64,000 nt of DNA from a virus (lineage: Duplodnaviria; Caudoviricetes), in IMG/VR virus record IMGVR_UViG_2863283106_000001, positions 1 to 64,000 of that record. One strand, 5' to 3'. Each line of letters opens with the position of its first letter. Position 1 is the stretch's first letter. Shown here in pieces: positions 52,901 through 58,629 of the stretch. A program made the position numbers and the translations under genes. Below the pieces are notes generated by a model, which was given only the letters and a program-made list of their open reading frames with translations, had not been told where the DNA came from and did no database searches.

Positions 52901-55119
52901 ATGTGCTGGGCCAGGGCGCGGAACTCCTCCGGCGCCCCGTCCGGCCACTGCCGCTCGGCGAGCTCGTTGACCTTGCCCCAGTCGCTGATGACATCCCTGG
53001 CCGCGACCCTGGCATCACCAACGGCGGGATGCGCCTGCATACGGGCACCGCTGTCGCGCTGCACGTCTTCCAGACGCCGGCGGGACCTGGGGACGACGGA
53101 CAGCATGTCGCCGGGGCGCGCGCCGAACTGATCGATCTCCTCGCGGCCGCCGAGGCTGCGGGTGGTGAAGGTGCGGCCGCCCTCGTACCGGTCCACGCGG
53201 GTGACGACGTGCCCGAACATGCCACGTGCCACGACGTCACCAACGCGCACACGGTCGGCGCGGACTTCCTCGGGGGTGAAACCGTCGGTGTTCCCGGACA
53301 CCTGCACCTGCGTCGGCATCCGCAGAACGCGGGCGGTGTCGCCAGACACGATCACCTTGCCGTCCGGGCCCGTCAGCGTGACGTCCACCAGGGGCGCGCC
53401 GGTCGTTCCCGGGCCGGGCGAGTAGGTCGAGGCGATAGTGCCCTCGACGGTGACCGTTCCCGGCTTGGGCATGCTGCGGGTGCTGTCCGGCCACTCGATG
53501 TCACGGCCGTTGATGGTGACGGTGACGCGGTCGCCGTGCTTGAGGCTGTCGCGGCTGACCGTCTCTGGGGTGTCGCTGCTGGACGCGTCGGTGTTTCCTT
53601 CGCCGGTGCCCGCAGCCGGGTCGTTCTGCGTTCCGGGAGCGTTCTCGTTCTGGCCAGGCTGGTTCTGTGCGCGCTTGTTGGCCTGGGAAGCGTCAGCGTC
53701 TGCCTGGGCTTTGGCGATGGCCGCCTTGCCCGTGCCCTCGGTGTGGGACGTGTAGCTTCCGGGAGTGCTCCAGTCGAGCGGCTGCCCGTCATCACCGCGC
53801 ACGGCCTCGAGGTCGCGGGCCGCCGCCATGCCCGAAGGCTTTGAAGCGAAGCCGTGAGCGACCAGCAGGGACGTGCCGGTGTGGTGAAGGTCCCACACGT
53901 TTCCTCGCCGGACGAGGACGAAGTGCCCGGCGGGGGAGAGCTGGGCGCGGGGGAGCTTGCGGGCGGCGGTCTCTCCGTTCTTCGCCTGGATCCTGCGGGA
54001 GCGTTCGCTGTCGTCTCCTTCTCGAACCGGGTCGGGTCCGTTCTCCCAGTGCTTGCGGACAGCGTTGATGGTGGCGAAGCGGCGCTCACCGCCTGGAGCG
54101 TCGGTCTTCGGCTTCTTGGGTGCTGTGGTCTTCTTCGCCGTGGGCCGGGGGGTGGTGTCGAACTCTGTACGGGCCCGGGTGATGGCGGCCTGGATGTTCT
54201 CGCCCTTGGTGGAGCGCCAGGAGCCGGCGGCCCGGTCGAGGTCGGGGTTGGAGAAGTCGAACCCGCCGGGTGTCGCGGTGTCGGCGGTGGTCTGGGCGAG
54301 GTGGTCGGCGAACCGGGAGGCTTCCTGCGGGGAGTCGAAGTCGCCGGCGGCGTCCATGCGCTGACCGGTGCCGGTGGCCGTCAGGTACCAGCGGCCGCTG
54401 GAGTCGTCGCGGAGGATTGCCAGGCCGCCGGTGCGGTTGGTCACCAGGTCGTCGTCTTCGGCGACGGACCGCAGGAACCGGTCCATGTCCGGCCCTGTGT
54501 CGGGTCGTGCGGCGAGCTGGTGGAAGTGCTGGCGGACGGCTGCGACGTCCTTGAATCGGGAGCCTTTCTCGTGCCGCTTGTTCGGCAGGGCGTCGGTGTT
54601 GAGGGGGTGTCGGCCGTCGGCCGGCTCGTCCTCGTCGTCATCGTCGTCCGGGCCGTCGCCGTCATCGTCGCCGATGGGGCGGCCCTGGTCGTCGACGTCG
54701 TGCGGGTCGTTCGGGGTGTCCGGGTCGCCGTCGTCGTCCCGGGCCAGGCCGTTGCCGCGGCGCGGGTCCTTGCGGCGCTTCTCGTCCTCCGCCGCGACCT
54801 TGTCCTGGTCCTCGGTGGGCGCGGTGCCGTCGGGGCGGGTGACCATTGACACCCACTTGGCGCTGGTGGTGTGTCGGCGGCCGCGGAATTCGTTCGGGCC
54901 GCTCTGGTCCTGGACGAGGATGCGGTCATGCGGGAGTGCTCGGACGACGCGCGCGAGCTTGCCGCCCCACAGGCGGACAGTGCCGCCGGTCTCGATGAAC
55001 CTGCCCTTGCTGTCGCGCGGGTGCAGGGCGGGGTTCCACTTACGGCGGGCGGCCTTGACCTCGAGGGCGTCACTCAGGGCCTGCAACTCAGCGTGCGCAG
55101 CAGCGGGGCGATTCAGCAT
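37951..55119 (-). CDS. Giant (5,722 aa) multidomain protein with SF1/UvrD-like helicase
   Basis: Uninterrupted 17-kb ORF; helicase motifs ALAGTGKST, FWDEAQD, VGDSNQAIYGFRGA, LTQTFRFG, IARTNA, STAHKAKGLE, EELRLAYVAVTRA at about 49130-50850; start placed 7 nt after the promoter motif. Confidence 0.92.
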   Translation of the reverse strand: MLNRPAAAHAELQALSDALEVKAARRKWNPALHPRDSKGRFIETGGTVRLWGGKLARVVRALPHDRILVQDQSGPNEFRGRRHTTSAKWVSMVTRPDGTAPTEDQDKVAAEDEKRRKDPRRGNGLARDDDGDPDTPNDPHDVDDQGRPIGDDDGDGPDDDDDEDEPADGRHPLNTDALPNKRHEKGSRFKDVAAVRQHFHQLAARPDTGPDMDRFLRSVAEDDDLVTNRTGGLAILRDDSSGRWYLTATGTGQRMDAAGDFDSPQEASRFADHLAQTTADTATPGGFDFSNPDLDRAAGSWRSTKGENIQAAITRARTEFDTTPRPTAKKTTAPKKPKTDAPGGERRFATINAVRKHWENGPDPVREGDDSERSRRIQAKNGETAARKLPRAQLSPAGHFVLVRRGNVWDLHHTGTSLLVAHGFASKPSGMAAARDLEAVRGDDGQPLDWSTPGSYTSHTEGTGKAAIAKAQADADASQANKRAQNQPGQNENAPGTQNDPAAGTGEGNTDASSSDTPETVSRDSLKHGDRVTVTINGRDIEWPDSTRSMPKPGTVTVEGTIASTYSPGPGTTGAPLVDVTLTGPDGKVIVSGDTARVLRMPTQVQVSGNTDGFTPEEVRADRVRVGDVVARGMFGHVVTRVDRYEGGRTFTTRSLGGREEIDQFGARPGDMLSVVPRSRRRLEDVQRDSGARMQAHPAVGDARVAARDVISDWGKVNELAERQWPDGAPEEFRALAQHMQNVTDAPKGPEGYQQNADAMRGALAALEGLDTESLDQDLQRALLQLDDRLDANADRFEADARAIREARRKKETAAQAQQRAQELQARPPVADLDTEQLNAERAELASARPSYETDEITKIRKQRLTDVEAELARRESDNNRNNSEPADEPLRYAWDKPEDFITLTMPEALADFLSTEETAAMEDPDTRKALKEAKKGRNGTLRVTGPVEVHRALLEWAWTMAGGEGLESDPDEVRAYNTYTKRVDQAAAELRERRAQREKDTQAPDADGTDDADGTDDADGTDDADGSGDGGDGDGTVSMSPDEVSEQLDAIRPEGSKAPSTMTDPEIREEIVALMERDMAGELSGADRTRMQVLEAEEARRAGRKPKQEPKPKPKQPVEEPGGLFDVDQPANTGPNRAADLNNPDDRAADEFGTPDMFADAEGRDTTNLREAQLRAPMDLESGDRFLDSGGRARTVARKPVLTGRGRVLVVDEDGKEHLLPSDVEVRVLYPDEAAPEVPDTDAPEAPEGDAPATDAPEAPENSAPETPESDTPAAGTVNQPPAPQPEGEAGSTDPIGDREPADMSAEEIENEVDGLEDVTRALEESTDPLELAYRLRAERRLWALQREEADRWEREPEYDKDGKLVEPSRGSILLDRVGGYGLNQDEARGAVSSVDELPPAKPGGYSDADWERIEAQASAGEAYPPTDEQRVIIEGAARRGLDMRVMALAGTGKSTTLKMLSRRMPNKRILYLAFNRSVADEAIESQQRGEYGKNLTPTTANAYANSMVDKDLLERLKWPRLNDQQLADRMRWYEPIQAGGDSLSPRRAAHYANELLSAWVKSDDDDFAEHHLPEELRNRAAVFAAVKPLAEQMWANLTDPKAKNKDRDLPLSFDHPVKMWALSRRVPDTDVLFWDEAQDVNPVMEGIVRNIRAAGIQVVAVGDSNQAIYGFRGATDALGRLPADATATLTQTFRFGDAVADAGNRFLRLVGSRMRLKGWDRKNSHIGEINPGDETMLIARTNAGVVLGAVEGLQAGRRVAVSGGLNDLRKFLEAAEALRDGKRTKHQDLAQFNGMAWEDIREEVAGDKNLKQLDSMFKLMERHSEDLEALLNAVRMPRPLVEDDGEHMWVKLAFGDSNFETTKEWLKRQGFGWDGVSKRWGYPPPRKGDYVPEDERARILQKVEQYIADRYTAPPSSSGGQVVDQAAPHDLLVSTAHKAKGLESERVRIASDFFTPKETPEGGIDWDTIPGDEELRLAYVAVTRATDVLDMGSLGWVMDATRGDDPMEEPDGDYTRDWKISDFQAGDRVTFWSEDGESVLAGTVSAIDGVELRVRTEDGRTAPITASRVVRRNGQDQPRLDVASPEELDAALNSGQFVPPQQGGAVRIPRQEVQETLNQIRPEPTGGQDDNDSSDNTDAGSTGNGGDSSEPAATSDDDGDETSIARTLRDRLPALPPLPPDPGDHIRHMGKREILLQIRRPYEHAAAHLDGILSGNPPTGDNREDLRRARVRIAETAEALDRYEAELPDLEQTRSVRAELQDMDAVIDQAMSALPERTPQPRGEGPNGGTLYHPSDLRDGDLISFQGTEPMDTRNQVHTYRGIFHDLSMGTPKDHETGETAIRLERMLWNEEAQQWEGDNRVEYGYLAPGDLVEKFTPEQWDALQRPEQSNTDDSAGAEEIPLAPIGDTPPIAMSDDEIAAELEALEAWRQRHVVPSGEGPRVPRSDLSPTVSRIGNRRGALLEAQNQRQAVRIREEQDAQKAREKADALARAVVGKKAADGSSPVSLDGEQIGTVEKLGSKWSYTHVDGTSSGPLLKSKADAVAGLVHLVDFRREQEEELARNDAARSETPDGWVLGDREDVAENDIIRVPRMRKDRDGRPYPEGWNAPVRVTRVERRDDGTTTVSFVNSDGSYAWGSPLFLRGPDDTFAWASDRTRPEPTPAWHHELRARMRDIHDDILTLRNHSEGIDDQDRIQRLQDLLERVEDGSEDLQADLRRLVGETAWLKEEFDNPDLPYETRRYRSWASAAHNKARRALEHPDFQQGSTDPVQDDEFAAVRQRYDGDMVPASEIRLGDWVHTVSADPAYNEPMHMVGRVIGVTPVLSNGQVRIEVEADVTLNGTDTVRAEFAMIRATDLVERLPEGNPGREDSSDLARRIEADHGRRRAAKVRVPEGWQAVDGSQIQPRPGDRFRIVARRGGGSGPNSGPEHMNITVERPAQRDGYWRVKNQPLSFRPSDIVAIPDGSDARGRDDDAPESGKPNTDGPGNAPVLGGQAAAAPDAGPRRFSSVDEVRDRWKRGDLDPAPHADMVLPSHKHGMRSTDADTDTLELSEGGRLAVLQVSEDIGPVWSVVAPGSMAVIARAYNRDDALAQARILEGVRDTDGNLFPWDAPDAAERALTFRGPDGESLGTVVAQRMVSQGGDEGVHSFWQKEARRYLDSKRELSNYYDEWRTRQEADGYTIPLNPLDTQAGDEITVLHAYPGPYDSGPRTAGITNRARLEDSARPDPLGQGAMFPFLVDSHWSVRTEESPEFTDEQADKTGRALIRSLRFRSTADRPEAFRRPRPGERDAASQDGDDRAARAQALFGEGLNAVGGESLPEMQELRDRLDRADDADDRDAELRDIADRMDALAEQYELAGPQGEHAADRFRLASRAARGERDQDNEQQNSQDEEQQNQNTPENEGEQDNDNEQQDQDNEEDNQRRRDSDLDGGAADPDGEPDGGGADAPGDGGDSGDNGDGPDNADGGEDGPDDGNDDQEEDEGKRRRRRRRRNRDGGNGGPNGGGPGGPGLPHMNMPESDTPSGEGDEGDGRTPARHRDVDSLRSAWKAGDGLTPAEDTPERRAHLAELADREGLALSPEGGLAMWPEQQDDGSTVWRFAQARNGTNLPGIALTSDNPEEASELTARFEDLTDRNGDLFDWNQPWGPAAVAAWRDGEGRNLPQALRAVQEDYERERASAFVLPEDLTTLDDAELEAAYLRGLGPKDELRVMAEMDRRDGYVDEKVRAAMGDTPPANAEEAEREGKAMDAALGFGDTDVTQPAPATPGNLRREFDALDEERFQAAMEATGGRFLSPEAEAAGVDPREVFSGRKYSNKRAKELASPELNLWLFGDETTAGNGRLTYSQYRQREADRALHLEFADWNEARHRAAIEFTNGYFYKQKYKYSADKPNETELFSGGSLSAGDRWREYASEELVEWYDLNGGRVTFNQWKQQRRENDRIARHQYEEEQRAGSAETDTPQPLTADDVAPARPFDPQRAENIDDAVLRYGSADRADAFADRAELRPDGDGGAQAVWLDGRRIGTVSIHSAAPGTDPVWDARPFFGLGNDRASRTRDRNLAVANLVVQAMQDGPADPANPGEDVWDSVMLRLAGTDRTLPELPESLRDIPEARARYDRLAAMVDAFRDGRSPSGDLRDDLVQARDDFAWLRTVLADSEEGGQPEALFDLDARAAWAGRLLDGFAPDSSRERPHTYDQPGSTDASSTTPATDGSTPSPADPADGSRKPEPEGEPAPVGGQPAHWARVEDLVPGDMVRMDGTTRKGKPLQRAGYVYKGPELVDVTRRGRTTQEWRTWVTENPDGTGAGGNVYTTLNATAARAEAPDDVTPGSPATGAQSAVQTGNMPERVPSDRNGRALFPGSAVTGVRGIRTQEGTVTGATDTTVSVRWDDDDTEDGISPTTLAVTDSARPDGWTSDGHQVRPGHVVTDTDGALLGPVDEVEGDKVTVSTAQGTTTRSAGDLRVTGEVSDTAPGTAPVTDIDHPAAADLKEGDVIILDRDGALATVAVTGTRRDGDRVTVEYADTTTGEVGEIDMDAAAILPRAKGENGNAPELGPDDAPDEPEDLTVHEPPRPVDPVTGTTIDPDLTEGDRGVIDDHASGPDDNPDAQQAAARIAADLPVTPEQAAALATQLRQSADPATPEGRAALRAADHLDQAAGRTPPAGFDRPRPSNVAQLGEGDLIAMPDERNGDRLGIFRVIDIEDAPGGVRSLLLEDENQVWRRRIVHGAMPVWQLPEAHPAPPEPPAQGDGQGEDSAPRMRVEARYLSIGEVVSVPVNGEQRRMLVAEAQRSEDRRTVQLRLVGHDGRFMSATVGSSEGFEVVETPAADGPGRALDQEGTMAVQASKLQPGQHLVVGNGHSDGGWYTRRIEAVDVSGRWVTVELVGIAGGPTATVRYELLGGLLAETVLVAGRPRRAVEWFVGNRDRLVVTPDMGDEPSASAAPSTPASAAPSTPAPGPAPAAGAPAPDADTTDGDDDTDPSGPDTGNAPAAAVPDEPSVPIAQVRPGNLRAGDVIDAPVSRAGYQFNGHRRLTIISAPHRNGWWMQLTGMDEDGNVHDFGLHAGRAVNVYDRNRPTPALPPVGELRDPNPTPQSSTDRIASDQARSLAARIIGEAVAGTEPPGDIHALREQIAQRLTPEALRNVRDETSRDGADALDAAGITGSDRDAAQQTLRDTREQAHTDTVRAALRTINDLEPLPGESNEDLAARARDLLRLIPGQVADARTATDPDADPDVARAVTGHVDDAMNALLQQLQAAGVDPGDAERIARIVTRQLDGSRQATARRIARRIAAASPEAARQPGLLARIVAFLIRLAKRLALLVKAGARKIAEKYRSARERLRRLRAFLGRLVRRVRQWPESRRLARLHRAVNLPDTDGGSLAGRISHWAGLMPEPGRFGQAQRRVTLWRPTTWGQLAAGRLPGMSDRIQWAPDRAADGGPGLAALRHMAALRAAGGDVDQDVTRRLAAVLGDDFGDDPHVTLQHADDYVATSERRLVNLQAARSSATIPDDPDLEIEIDAARMELSTARREYADLRARYAAAVPDAVAAALAEIRDVGPDGSAGIVFGPDSTPDAERAVRGVQRVLPRSWLATGAVRGVTAVDGDEGRYEPSGQRITVADLADEGLSTAGHGLAQHLARHIGDLDAAQRAFWFTRTHTGRPGARRMRSSALDRLLRRQQTQPDTGDSLARSVQAMFNGDWYQDDDLRAFLLGLMATR
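52038..52104. repeat. 18-bp tandem repeat x3.7 (DADGTD) within giant ORF
   Basis: tgccgtcggcgtcatcgg repeated. Confidence 0.9.
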
Positions 55120-55126
55120 GCCGCGG

Positions 55127-55157
55127 ACCATGCACAGTGCAGGTGGTTAGCGTCGCG
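55127..55157 (-). promoter_or_regulatory. Late-promoter-like motif, leaderless, for the giant gene
   Basis: CGCGAC-GCTAAC..(19 nt)-CATGGT, 7 nt before ATG. Confidence 0.72.
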
Positions 55158-55191
55158 CCCTGGCGTGCGGGCGCGACACCACGGCGGCGGC

Positions 55192-55437
55192 CTACATCGT
55201 TTCGGTCAGGATGTGGAAGAGGAACCAGACGGCGCCGCCGGCGACAGTCACCGTGAACAGGGCCCTTCCGGTTTTCGAGGTGCGGGTGCGGAAGGCTCTG
55301 CGGGTGGTCTCGCTGAGGGTGTCGTCGTCCTGCTTGTTCACCAGAGTGACCGTCTCGTAGATCACGAAGAACGCGGCCCACGTTCCCCAGAGGATGCGGC
55401 TGGTGTGGCGGCGGAGGAATTGCACGGCAGTCTTCAC
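55192..55437 (-). CDS. Small membrane protein
   Basis: Two hydrophobic segments around DDTLSETTR; GTGA overlap with nuclease gene. Confidence 0.7.
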   Translation of the reverse strand: MKTAVQFLRRHTSRILWGTWAAFFVIYETVTLVNKQDDDTLSETTRRAFRTRTSKTGRALFTVTVAGGAVWFLFHILTETM

Positions 55438-55793
55438 GGGGACTCCTTGGCGGCGGGGACGGGGCGGGGACCGGTGCCGTCGTAGGGAGCGGCGTGACCG
55501 GCGTCGAGGAGGGCGCTGTTCAGGGATGCGCCGTCGGCGGCCGTGATCGTGGCGAGCCAGCGGCCGTATTTCTCTTTGTGGTGGGTCCGCACCACCAGGC
55601 CCGGGGCGTGCTGGGTGAACCAGTCGGCGGCCCACGCCTTGGCGGCCTTGCCCTCGGGGGTGTTCTTCTCCGGCGTGTTCAGCCCGAGGAGGCGGACGCG
55701 CTGGCGGGTGCTGATCCCGAAGCCGAGGTCGATGTTCAGGTCGTAGGTGTCGGCGTCGACCAGGTGCTGGAGCGTGGCGGGGTAGATGTTCAC
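55434..55793 (-). CDS. Thermonuclease (SNase-like) family protein
   Basis: LVDADTYDLNIDLGF..RVRLLGLNTPE..KEKYGRWLA..LNSALLDAGHAAPYDG. Confidence 0.88.
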   Translation of the reverse strand: MNIYPATLQHLVDADTYDLNIDLGFGISTRQRVRLLGLNTPEKNTPEGKAAKAWAADWFTQHAPGLVVRTHHKEKYGRWLATITAADGASLNSALLDAGHAAPYDGTGPRPVPAAKESP

Positions 55794-55794
55794 G

Positions 55795-58278
55795 TCAGCT
55801 CACCTCTTCGTCCGTGGCGTAGTGGAGGCGGCATCGGCAGTTGATCGTCAGCGCGAGCGGCGCGAAGGGGTCGCCGGGATACCGGAGCTGGGCGCCGTCG
55901 ATCTGGTAGGGGGTGCCGGCGGGCAGGGTCTTGCCGTGCAGTGCCTTGTGCGCGGGCCGGACGCGGTCGTCCCGGCGGGTGACCCAGGTGCGGACGACGT
56001 CGGGGCCAGCGCTCTCCGCCGCGGCGTCCGCGGCCCCGTTGATGGTGGCGACGGCACACGTCTCGGCAGTCCGGGCCACCAGGGCGGGCACGGCCGCGTT
56101 GTAGTAGCCGCCCACTGTGTGCACGAGGGTGTCGAGGTCAAGGTCTGAGTCGTTGTCCTGCGTCTCCCGCAGCACTTCGGCGAGCTCGCCGAGGAAGGCG
56201 GTGATGGCTTCGCCGGCGTACATCGCGGTGACGAGCGCGGCCGCGGCCACGGCCGGGGGCACCGTGTCCGTACCGGTGAGGGCCTGGCTCAGCTTGCGGG
56301 CGGTGGCGGTGGCGGCGCGCTGCAGGATCGGGGCGAGGGTGTTGGTGGTCTCCTCTGCCCAGCGGGCGGCGGACACGACACGGTCCTCGTCGATGTTCGC
56401 GTCGCCGCCGCGGGTGTCGTGTTCGTTTTCCGGCTCCCAGAACCGGGTGTACTTGCGGGTCTTCGGGGCGCGGAGCCGGGCGACGATGACGCCCTCCTGC
56501 CGTGCCAGAAGCGCGGTGAGGGCCGCCTGCACGGCCATGGCCAGGGCGTCGAAATCGGCGTCGGTGACCTCGAACCCGTCCCGCGGGAGTGCCTTAGTCT
56601 CGATCGGGGCGCGCGCGTTCTCGACGTCCTCGGCCGCGGGCCCGGAGTCGGGCTGCATGCGGGTGGCGCGGGCGCGCGCGACGTCGTCGGCCGCATCTCC
56701 GGGGAGTGCGTCGGTGCTCTCGGCGCGGGCCGCCGCGACGTCGTCCGCGGCGGTCGCCGCCGGTCCGGCCGGCAGCTCGAGGGGCGCCTGCCCGCGGGCT
56801 GCGGCGACGTCGTCCGCTGCGGTCGGGGACGTCTCGAGTGCGCGGGCTGTGGCGACGTCCGCGGCGGCGGGCCCGTCTCCGGGGGCCGGGGGCAGCGCCG
56901 CGGCGGGGTCGGCCCCAAGGCCACCGTCAAGGGCGGGGTCGCCACCGAGGCCGGGGTCAGGGGCGAGTCCGAGGGCGGCCGCGTCCTGGTCGTTGGCCGG
57001 TACGGGCGCCTTCTGCGGGCTGATCCACAGCGCGCGGGACTGGGGGGTGTTGAACGGCCGGCGCTTGGCGATCTCCCGGTACTCGTCGATGGTGATCAGC
57101 CCGGCCTCGAACTCCTTGCGGGCTTCCTCGCGGGCCTGGCGGCGGGGGAACTCCAGGGCCTGGACCTGGGAGGTGTCGAACCGGATCACCCAGTCGTCGG
57201 ACAGGTCTGGGTCGAACGCCGAGGCGATCAGGTTGAGGTGGGGCAGCTCGGTGTGTGCCCAGAAGTTCCACTCTTCGCGGTCGGCGTTGTTGAACGTCCG
57301 CTCGCTGGCGTTGCCGATGACGGACTCGTACACGCCGAACGCGGAGAGGATCTCGTTCTTGGCGGTGCTGGCCAGCGTCTCGTATGCCATCTCCCGCGGG
57401 CGGGCGGAGGTGTCCACGTAGGTGACGCCGCCGGGGCCGGTGCCGACGAGGGTGAGCTGGCCGGCGTTGTGTGCGCCTGGGGCGAGGCGCCGTTGGATCC
57501 GTTCGACTTCGGCGGAGTCGACGCCGTCCAGGTCGATACCGACAATGCCGCCCGGTCTGCCGTCATTGTCGATAAATGAGATGTTGTAGGTGCGGGCCTT
57601 GACGTCCAGGTCGACGGACAGGCCGGCGGCCTCGAGCGGGGTCACGCCGCAGAACGGATCGGTGGGGTGCGGGTCGCGCAGCCAGATCACTTTCTCCGGC
57701 TTGAGCTCCCGGATGTGTCCGGCGTAGTCCGTGAACTCGAAATGCTTGATGTAGTCGGCGTTCCGGTCGTCCGGGATGATCTGGACGCGGTCCGGTGGCA
57801 GCAGGTCAAGCCTGACCAGGACTCCGCCGCGGCTGTACGTCTTCTCGATGAACACACCCTTCTTGCTGAGCAGCAACTGGGCGCTGAGTCGCTTTTTGAA
57901 GACGTCGCCGGTCTCGAGGGGGTTGGCCCGCTTGTTCAGCAGCCGCAGCAGCGGGTGGTCCTCGAGGGTCTCCTCGAACTCCCGCTCGTCGCCGCCGCGG
58001 CCGATCTGTATGGGCAGGGTAGAGGCGTGCTTGCTGATCGCCTCGACGCTCTTGAAGGTCCAGATGCTGCGCTCGTAGCCCTCGATGACGACGCGCTCGA
58101 GGTCCCAGCCGTCCGCGCGGCCGGGGGTGCCCCAGACGTTGGTGACGCCGGCGTACGACATCGATGTGTAGACGCCGCCCCCGGCGAGGAGGTCCTTCGT
58201 CTCCACGGGTGGGGGTGGCGGCTCGACCGTTCGGGGGGCGAGGAGGCCGCGGAGCGTGGGGAGGAACTGGCGGGGCAT
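55795..58278 (-). CDS. Portal protein fused to C-terminal MuF (head morphogenesis) domain
   Basis: HPLLRLLNKRANP, LDLLPPDRV, FCGVTPLEAA, FIDNDGRPGGIV, GLITIDEYRE; C-terminal RTWVTRRDDRVRPAH..YPGDP..INCRC. Confidence 0.92.
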   Translation of the reverse strand: MPRQFLPTLRGLLAPRTVEPPPPPVETKDLLAGGGVYTSMSYAGVTNVWGTPGRADGWDLERVVIEGYERSIWTFKSVEAISKHASTLPIQIGRGGDEREFEETLEDHPLLRLLNKRANPLETGDVFKKRLSAQLLLSKKGVFIEKTYSRGGVLVRLDLLPPDRVQIIPDDRNADYIKHFEFTDYAGHIRELKPEKVIWLRDPHPTDPFCGVTPLEAAGLSVDLDVKARTYNISFIDNDGRPGGIVGIDLDGVDSAEVERIQRRLAPGAHNAGQLTLVGTGPGGVTYVDTSARPREMAYETLASTAKNEILSAFGVYESVIGNASERTFNNADREEWNFWAHTELPHLNLIASAFDPDLSDDWVIRFDTSQVQALEFPRRQAREEARKEFEAGLITIDEYREIAKRRPFNTPQSRALWISPQKAPVPANDQDAAALGLAPDPGLGGDPALDGGLGADPAAALPPAPGDGPAAADVATARALETSPTAADDVAAARGQAPLELPAGPAATAADDVAAARAESTDALPGDAADDVARARATRMQPDSGPAAEDVENARAPIETKALPRDGFEVTDADFDALAMAVQAALTALLARQEGVIVARLRAPKTRKYTRFWEPENEHDTRGGDANIDEDRVVSAARWAEETTNTLAPILQRAATATARKLSQALTGTDTVPPAVAAAALVTAMYAGEAITAFLGELAEVLRETQDNDSDLDLDTLVHTVGGYYNAAVPALVARTAETCAVATINGAADAAAESAGPDVVRTWVTRRDDRVRPAHKALHGKTLPAGTPYQIDGAQLRYPGDPFAPLALTINCRCRLHYATDEEVS

Positions 58279-58622
58279 CAGGCCCCCTCAGACTCGTGGG
58301 TGGCGAGCCAGAGGCCGGCCGCGGTGACGGCGAGGGCGATGTAGAGCCAGCCCGCGGGCGCGTACAGCACGAACGCGCACGCGGTGACGCCGCTGTACCC
58401 GACTCCGCAGACTGCCCAGCGCAGGACGTGCACGCGGCGTGGGGCGTCGGGCTTGGGGGTGATCAGCCAGCCCGCGACGATGAGCCCGATCATGACGGCG
58501 TTCAGGGCCGCAGCCCAGTGGAGTGCGCCCAGCGCCACGAGGACACCGAGCACGCCGAGAGCGGTGAGGCACAGGCCGGCGGCTTCGCGGGCGAGCGCCC
58601 TGGGGGTTCGCTGAGTAGTCAC
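58278..58622 (-). CDS. Membrane protein preceding portal
   Basis: Four hydrophobic segments; TGATG coupling with portal. Confidence 0.72.
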   Translation of the reverse strand: MTTQRTPRALAREAAGLCLTALGVLGVLVALGALHWAAALNAVMIGLIVAGWLITPKPDAPRRVHVLRWAVCGVGYSGVTACAFVLYAPAGWLYIALAVTAAGLWLATHESEGA

Positions 58623-58629
58623 GCCGCGC

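Noticed and set aside
39890-53560. Inteins in the giant protein
   Set aside because: LxxGD motifs recall Hint blocks, but no N-terminal Cys/Ser block, C-terminal His-Asn or homing endonuclease motif was found
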